Assembly: GCA_963713045.1 (NCBI GenBank)
Contig: CAVQKE010000002.1
Coordinates: 1-14,252, forward strand
DNA: 14,252 bases
Source of the DNA: an uncultured delta proteobacterium
GTDB lineage: Bacteria; Myxococcota; Myxococcia; Myxococcales; Myxococcaceae
Direction: 5' to 3'
Position 1 is the stretch's first letter, and each line of letters begins with the position of its first letter. The position numbers and the translations under genes are program-made. Shown one piece after another: positions 9,662-14,252 of the stretch. The notes under the pieces were generated by a model that was not told the DNA's origin, ran no database searches, and saw only the letters and a list, made by a program, of their open reading frames with translations.

Positions 9662-9711
9662 AGGGCGTCCAGGGGTTGGCCCATGTCGCAAGGCAGTCTG
9701 GTGGAGGCGGG

Positions 9712-10608
9712 GTGAGTTTTGACGTCCGACGGACGGGCCTCAGGCCAATGGCCGGTGCTGGCCCGGCGGTTTCCTTCCGCTGGCTGGAGACGCTTTGGGT
9801 GCAAGTCACCGGGACGCTGTGCAACCTCGCGTGTGCGCACTGCTTCATCAGCTGCGGGCCCAAAGCCACCCAGGTTCCCGTCATGCGAGTCGAGGAGGTG
9901 CAGCGGGCGCTGGACGAGGGACGGGACGCTGGAATGCGGCACGTCTACTACACCGGCGGCGAGCCCTTCCTGCACCCGGACATTCAGACGCTGGTTGAGC
10001 GGGCGCTGGACGTCGCCGCGTTGACCGTCGTTACCAACGGAATTCTCCTCGACCAGGCCACCGTGCACTGGCTGGCCGCCGCCTTCGCGCGCAGCCGAAA
10101 TGCACTCGATATCCGCGTCTCGCTGGACGGAATGACGGCCCGGCAAAACGACGTGGTGCGTGGCCGGGGCACCTTCGAGAAAATTGTCGCGTCCCTCCGT
10201 CGGCTGGGCGAAGCCGGCTTCAGTCCGGTGGTCACGGTGGTGGAGCATGAGCAGGGGCTGGAAGGCAACGAAGCGCGCGCCGACTTCCTCGCCTTCGTCC
10301 GGGAGTTGGGCATCCGTCAGCCGCGCGTCAAATTCCTCCCCCTGCTTCACATTGGCCGCGAGGTGCGACGAAGCCCGGGCATCTCAAAAACGTTGTCCGA
10401 GTCCCCCCTCGAGCCGGCGGTGGAATCCTCACTGCTGTGCGCCAGCGGGCGCTGCGTCACCGCGCAGGGGGTGTACACCTGCCCCATCCTGGTCGAAGAC
10501 GGCAGCGCGCGACTCGGCGCCAGCGTGGCCGCGGCGGCCCGGCCCATTCGGCTGGGGTGGACGGCCTGTCAGACGTGCGTCCTCGACGGGCTCCGCTGCA
10601 ACACCTGA
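9712..10608 (+). CDS. Radical SAM enzyme with a Cys-rich C-terminal extension (ArsS-like architecture)
   Basis: CNLACAHC (CxxxCxxC), YTGGEPFLHP, VVTNGILL, RVSLDG, NDVVRGRGTF. C-terminal LLCASGRC...YTCPILV...ACQTCVLDGLRC. GGAGG RBS at 9703-9707 precedes GTG 9712. Confidence 0.92.
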   Translation: MSFDVRRTGLRPMAGAGPAVSFRWLETLWVQVTGTLCNLACAHCFISCGPKATQVPVMRVEEVQRALDEGRDAGMRHVYYTGGEPFLHPDIQTLVERALDVAALTVVTNGILLDQATVHWLAAAFARSRNALDIRVSLDGMTARQNDVVRGRGTFEKIVASLRRLGEAGFSPVVTVVEHEQGLEGNEARADFLAFVRELGIRQPRVKFLPLLHIGREVRRSPGISKTLSESPLEPAVESSLLCASGRCVTAQGVYTCPILVEDGSARLGASVAAAARPIRLGWTACQTCVLDGLRCNT

Positions 10609-10618
10609 GGGTCCTTGC

Positions 10619-11398
10619 GTGCGTGCGGCTTTCTTCGGCGGCATCTACAACAACTGGCTCGCCCTCGAGGCTGCGCTCGCCGATGCGCGGCGCCGCGGAG
10701 CCGAGCGCCTCTTTTGCCTCGGCGACGTCGGAGGCTTTGGCCCCCACCCGGACCGCTCCATCGAGTTGTTGCAGCAGGCCAAGGTGGAGCTGGTGCAGGG
10801 AAATTACGACGACGCGGTGGGGAACGCCCGGGAGGACTGCGGCTGCGGGTATACCGACCCGCGGGACAACCACTTCGCGCGCCTTTCGTACGCCTACACC
10901 CTAGAGAAGACGTCGGCCGCGCACCGGCCCTGGCTGGCCGCGCTTCCGCCGCGGCTTGACACCAAGCTAGAGGCGCAGCGGCTGCTGTTGGTGCACGGCT
11001 CCCCGCGACAACAGAATGAGTTTCTCTGGGAGTCCACCGCCCCAGATGCCTTCTTGGAGCGGCTGTGCGCTGACGCCGGAGCGGACGTTCTCCTCTGCAC
11101 GCACACCGGACTGCACTGGCAGCGCCAGTTGCCGAGTGGGCGCCGGGTGGTGAATGTCGGCGCCCTCGGCCGTCCGGCCAACGACGGGCGCACCTGCGTC
11201 TGGTACGCGCTTCTCAACACGCAGGAGCGGGACCAGCCGTTCCGCTTCATCCCGCTCGAATATGACTACCCGCGTCTGGCGACGGAGATGCGCCAGGAGA
11301 AGCTTCCGGAGGAATTCGTCGAGACGGTCTTCACTGGCTGGTGGACGACGTGTCTGGAAATCCTTCCGTCGAAGGAACGGTCGCGGGGCCGTTTCTGA
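10619..11398 (+). CDS. Calcineurin-like metallophosphoesterase-fold protein (YfcE/MJ0912-like) with atypical metal ligands and a CGC motif
   Basis: GTG 10619 is 10 nt after the radical SAM stop. Motifs: FFGGIYNNWLALEA, CLGDVGGFGPHP, QGNYD, EDCGCGY, LVHGSPR, NEFLWES, LCTHTGLHW, VVNVGALGRPANDG, LEYDY, GWWTTCLEILP. Confidence 0.88.
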   Translation: MRAAFFGGIYNNWLALEAALADARRRGAERLFCLGDVGGFGPHPDRSIELLQQAKVELVQGNYDDAVGNAREDCGCGYTDPRDNHFARLSYAYTLEKTSAAHRPWLAALPPRLDTKLEAQRLLLVHGSPRQQNEFLWESTAPDAFLERLCADAGADVLLCTHTGLHWQRQLPSGRRVVNVGALGRPANDGRTCVWYALLNTQERDQPFRFIPLEYDYPRLATEMRQEKLPEEFVETVFTGWWTTCLEILPSKERSRGRF

Positions 11399-11411
11399 AG
11401 CGCCGCTATCG

Positions 11412-11990
11412 CTAGTCCTTGTTCTTCGCGTCGGGCTTGCTCCAGGGCGGCGTCACGCCGTTGACGCGCGCGTAGGCGATGGATTGGCCCAGGTGCTCCG
11501 CGCAGTGGCCTGCCACAATCATAAACACCAGGCGTTGCGAGAATTGATTGCCGAACATTTGGACAGTCTTGTCCAGGTCGGCGTCGCTGGTGTCCAAGTC
11601 GGCTTGACGCAAGAAGGCAAAGGCAGAGGTGAGAATGGCTTTAATTTCGTCCTTATTCGTCGTCTGCGACTCCCACTTCTTGGCCTCCATCTTCGCCTTG
11701 ACGTCGGCTGGCGGCGGGTGGCCCGCTTGCCCCATCAAGAAGTAGATGCCTCCAGCAACATGCAAGTACACCTCCGCCACCGAGCGCGCCCCCTTGGGGT
11801 GCCAGGTGAATTTCGCCTGGGGCATGGCCTGCTCGAGGGAGACAATCTGTTGCTCGAGCCGACCGGTTGCCTTCAGGTAGTCTCCCCGAAAGCCAGCCGG
11901 CCCCGGAGGAGTGCCGGCATCTTGCGCGAAGGCCGGGGTGGAAAGCGCGACTGCGACACAAAGGACATTTGCCAGGCGAAGACGGGACAT
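11412..11990 (-). CDS. DinB/YfiT-superfamily protein with an N-terminal signal peptide
   Basis: ATG 11990 with a GGAGGT RBS. Signal MSRLRLANVLCVAVALSTPAFA|QD. DinB motifs AMPQAKFTWHP..ARSVAEVYLHVA and GHCAEHLGQSIAYARVNGVTPPWS (His triad). Confidence 0.88.
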   Translation of the reverse strand: MSRLRLANVLCVAVALSTPAFAQDAGTPPGPAGFRGDYLKATGRLEQQIVSLEQAMPQAKFTWHPKGARSVAEVYLHVAGGIYFLMGQAGHPPPADVKAKMEAKKWESQTTNKDEIKAILTSAFAFLRQADLDTSDADLDKTVQMFGNQFSQRLVFMIVAGHCAEHLGQSIAYARVNGVTPPWSKPDAKNKD

Positions 11991-12055
11991 CGACGCACCT
12001 CCCAGTTTGAAAAACAGGCGAGCGACATCTACCACGGCCGCTGCGAGGGCGGGAT

Positions 12056-13740
12056 ATGAAGCAACCCATGTCACGTCAAGACACAGCCTCGAAGCGCAGC
12101 ACCCTTTCACGCAGAGCGCTGTTGCAGCTCGGTGTGGCCACCGGCGTTGCCGCGGTGGGGGTGCGCGCCACAGCCTCTGCAGCCGCTGCCAAAGGGCTGC
12201 CAGCCGACGCCGGGCAGCCGTTTCCCCTTGAGGAAGCGACGCTGGATGACCTCCAGCGTCAGATGGCGGCCGGCGAGGAAAGCGCCCGAAGTCTGACCGA
12301 CCGTTACCTCGCCCGCATTCAGGCTCTGGACCCGACGCTGCACGCAGTCCTCGAGACCAACGCCGAAGCGCGCGCGCAAGCGGACGCCCTTGACGCGGAA
12401 CGGCGGGCGGGAAGCCTCCGAGGGCCACTGCACGGCGTCCCGGTACTTCTGAAAGACAACATCGCGACCGCGGGCGGCATGCACACCACCGCCGGGTCCT
12501 TGGCGCTGCTGGAGGCGACGGTGGCCCGCGAGGCCTTCGTCGTCACCCGACTGCGCTCGGCCGGCGCGGTGCTGTTGGGGAAGACCAATCTCAGCGAGTG
12601 GGCCAACCTCTCGTTCCACCCATTCATCGAGCGGGTGGAGTGCGCGGGGGGGCCAGTGCCGAAACCCATACGTTCTGGACCGGACCCCTTCGGGGTCCAG
12701 CTCTGGCTCCGGTGCTGCGGTCGCCGCCAACCTGTGTGCCGTGGCGGTGGGGACAGAGACGGACGGCTCCATCGTCTCGCCCTCGGCCACCTGTGCGCTG
12801 GTGGGACTCAAGCCCACCGTCGGGCTGGTGAGCCGCTCCGGCATCATTCCCATTTCGCACACCCAGGACACCGCTGGTCCCATGGCCCGCACGGTGCGCG
12901 ACGCGGCCCTGCTCCTCAGCGTGCTGGCTGGCTATGACCGCGCAGACTCGGCCTCTCACGCCACTGGCATGCCGTCCGGCGCGGACTTTACCCAGGGGCT
13001 GGTGCATGGACTCTGCGGGGCGAGGATCGGTGTCCGCGGCCGGCGGACTCCGGCGACACCAGAGCACCCACGCCTGGCGGAGCAGGCCCGGCCGTCCTTC
13101 GTGACGCCGGCGCCGTCCTGGTGGACCCAGCGCCCATCGAAACCGCCAAGGACATGGATCAGCCCTGACTCAAGGTCCTCTTCAACCAATTCAAAGCTCT
13201 CATCAACGCTCACCTCGGTGCTCTTTGGCTGGTCGGCGCCCTGCTTCTTTGGTGAACCCATTGCCTTCAATCTACTAGCACGCTGTGTCAGTACTGTCTT
13301 TCTTTCTGTCAGGGCCTCTTCATCAAAGCCCTAGCGAGCTGCCCACCGGCACCCAGGTGCCCTGATGCATCAGGCGCTGGCGGAATGTCGAGTGCTGTCC
13401 CGCGTCCAGGGCATTGACTTTACCATCAACTGCCACCGCCTTGATGCCCTGGTGTGGCCAACCCGAGGAACCAGGTTTGCCCCATCCAACTGCAGACAAA
13501 CGGCCACAGCTTCAGTGGAAGAAGCAGCATAATCCCCTGCTGCTGTTGCCGTGCAGGGCATTGGAAGCATCACCGTCCGGATGGGGCAGGTGTACGGCCT
13601 TCCGGTGGTACTCTCCTTCTTTCGGATGGGTTTGGAGTGAGCCCACGTTGTTCGGTTCGCGTTTTGCCTTTGAACAGGCTAACCCACCACCGCCGGCGGC
13701 CGCGTCGCAACCGCCGCCCAGCGCGCCGCTGGGGAATGCC
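12056..13740 (+). CDS. Amidase-signature family amidase with a Tat signal; frameshift near 12610 and a heavily corrupted 3' half; end approximate
   Basis: SRRALL Tat motif. [14 protein letters not shown] (catalytic Lys), [19 protein letters not shown], shifted-frame [61 protein letters not shown]-terminal remnants [30 protein letters not shown]. Confidence 0.88.
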
Positions 13741-14252
13741 TACAAGCCCACCTCCGGGGGCAGCTGGGTGCGCGCCAACGGGCGCCCTTTCATTTGGGCG
13801 TCGGCGCTGGGGGTGGCAGGGACGGTTGGCCGTTGGGTAGTGACTCCAGGTGTCCACAGCAGGTTGGCCTGATAGGCCATGCGAAGGAGCCCGGCGTCTG
13901 CCAGGCCGCGCACGGCGACCCGGACATAGAAGACGACTTCGCCGCTGGGGAGCCGCTCGATGGTGACCGACTTGACGCTAAACCCGGTGCGGCTGCTCTG
14001 GTCTGAAAACCCGGGGGAGTCGAAAGGCGGTCGGGGTGGCGATGCCGTTGGCTGCAGTCAAAGTCCCTCGCAGGGGGAACTTGGGGGTCAATGTGAAAAG
14101 CGGACCACCACCTCCGCCCAGCTGGGCGGCTCCGACGAATGCAAGCCCACACTCTGCGCCACCAGGTCGAGCTTCACCGTCCCGGTGACGATGCGGAGAC
14201 TCGGCTGCCCCGGGGGGCCAGGGAAGTCCACCAGTGCTTCGCCCTCCACATT
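13740..14252 (-). CDS. Hypothetical protein, 5'-truncated by the window edge, about 2 frameshifts
   Basis: Hand translation: NVEGEALVDFPGPPGQPSLRIVTGTVKLDLVAQSVGLHSSEPPSWAEVVVR / FTLTPKFPLRGTLTAANGIATPTA / FDSPGFSDQSSRTGFSVKSVTIERLPSGEVVFYVRVAVRGLADAGLLRMAYQANLLWTPG...PPEVGL* with TAG at 13740-13742. Codon usage is GC3-rich and the composition is protein-like. Confidence 0.6.

Noticed and set aside
10160..10618. Radical SAM-phosphoesterase fusion or 412-aa ORF
   Set aside because: The upstream part is an alternative frame of the radical SAM gene. Each gene has its own plausible stop or start.
10606..10660. Selenocysteine read-through of the radical SAM TGA (…CNT*)
   Set aside because: The read-through frame gives low-complexity Arg-rich sequence, the next gene starts 10 nt later in another frame, and I see no convincing SECIS hairpin.

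Overview
High-GC (roughly 70% by eye) bacterial chromosomal segment. Myxococcota or a similar lineage is an inference from GC and gene content, not confirmed. Many genes are broken by indels, most likely long-read errors. Gene order: Ski2/HelY-like DEAD/DEAH helicase (-, runs off the left edge), FUSC-family membrane protein (-), ppk1 (-) divergent from a Ppx/GppA-HD exopolyphosphatase (+) that overlaps a stand-alone PilZ gene (+), GNAT acetyltransferase (-), galactokinase (-) divergent from a eukaryote-type (UDPGP/PF01704-like) UTP:sugar-1-phosphate uridylyltransferase (+), a Cys-rich ArsS-like radical SAM gene tightly followed by an atypical metallophosphoesterase (+), a signal-peptide DinB protein (-) divergent from a Tat-signal amidase (+, 3' half badly corrupted), and an unannotated hypothetical gene (-, runs off the right edge). 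I saw no mobile element, CRISPR array or RNA gene. The two most interesting items: (1) the radical SAM / metallophosphoesterase pair, where the phosphoesterase has lost all three non-bridging metal-site-1 ligands, kept site 2 and carries a CGC motif; (2) the galK / UDP-sugar pyrophosphorylase pair, which suggests GalT-independent galactose salvage.
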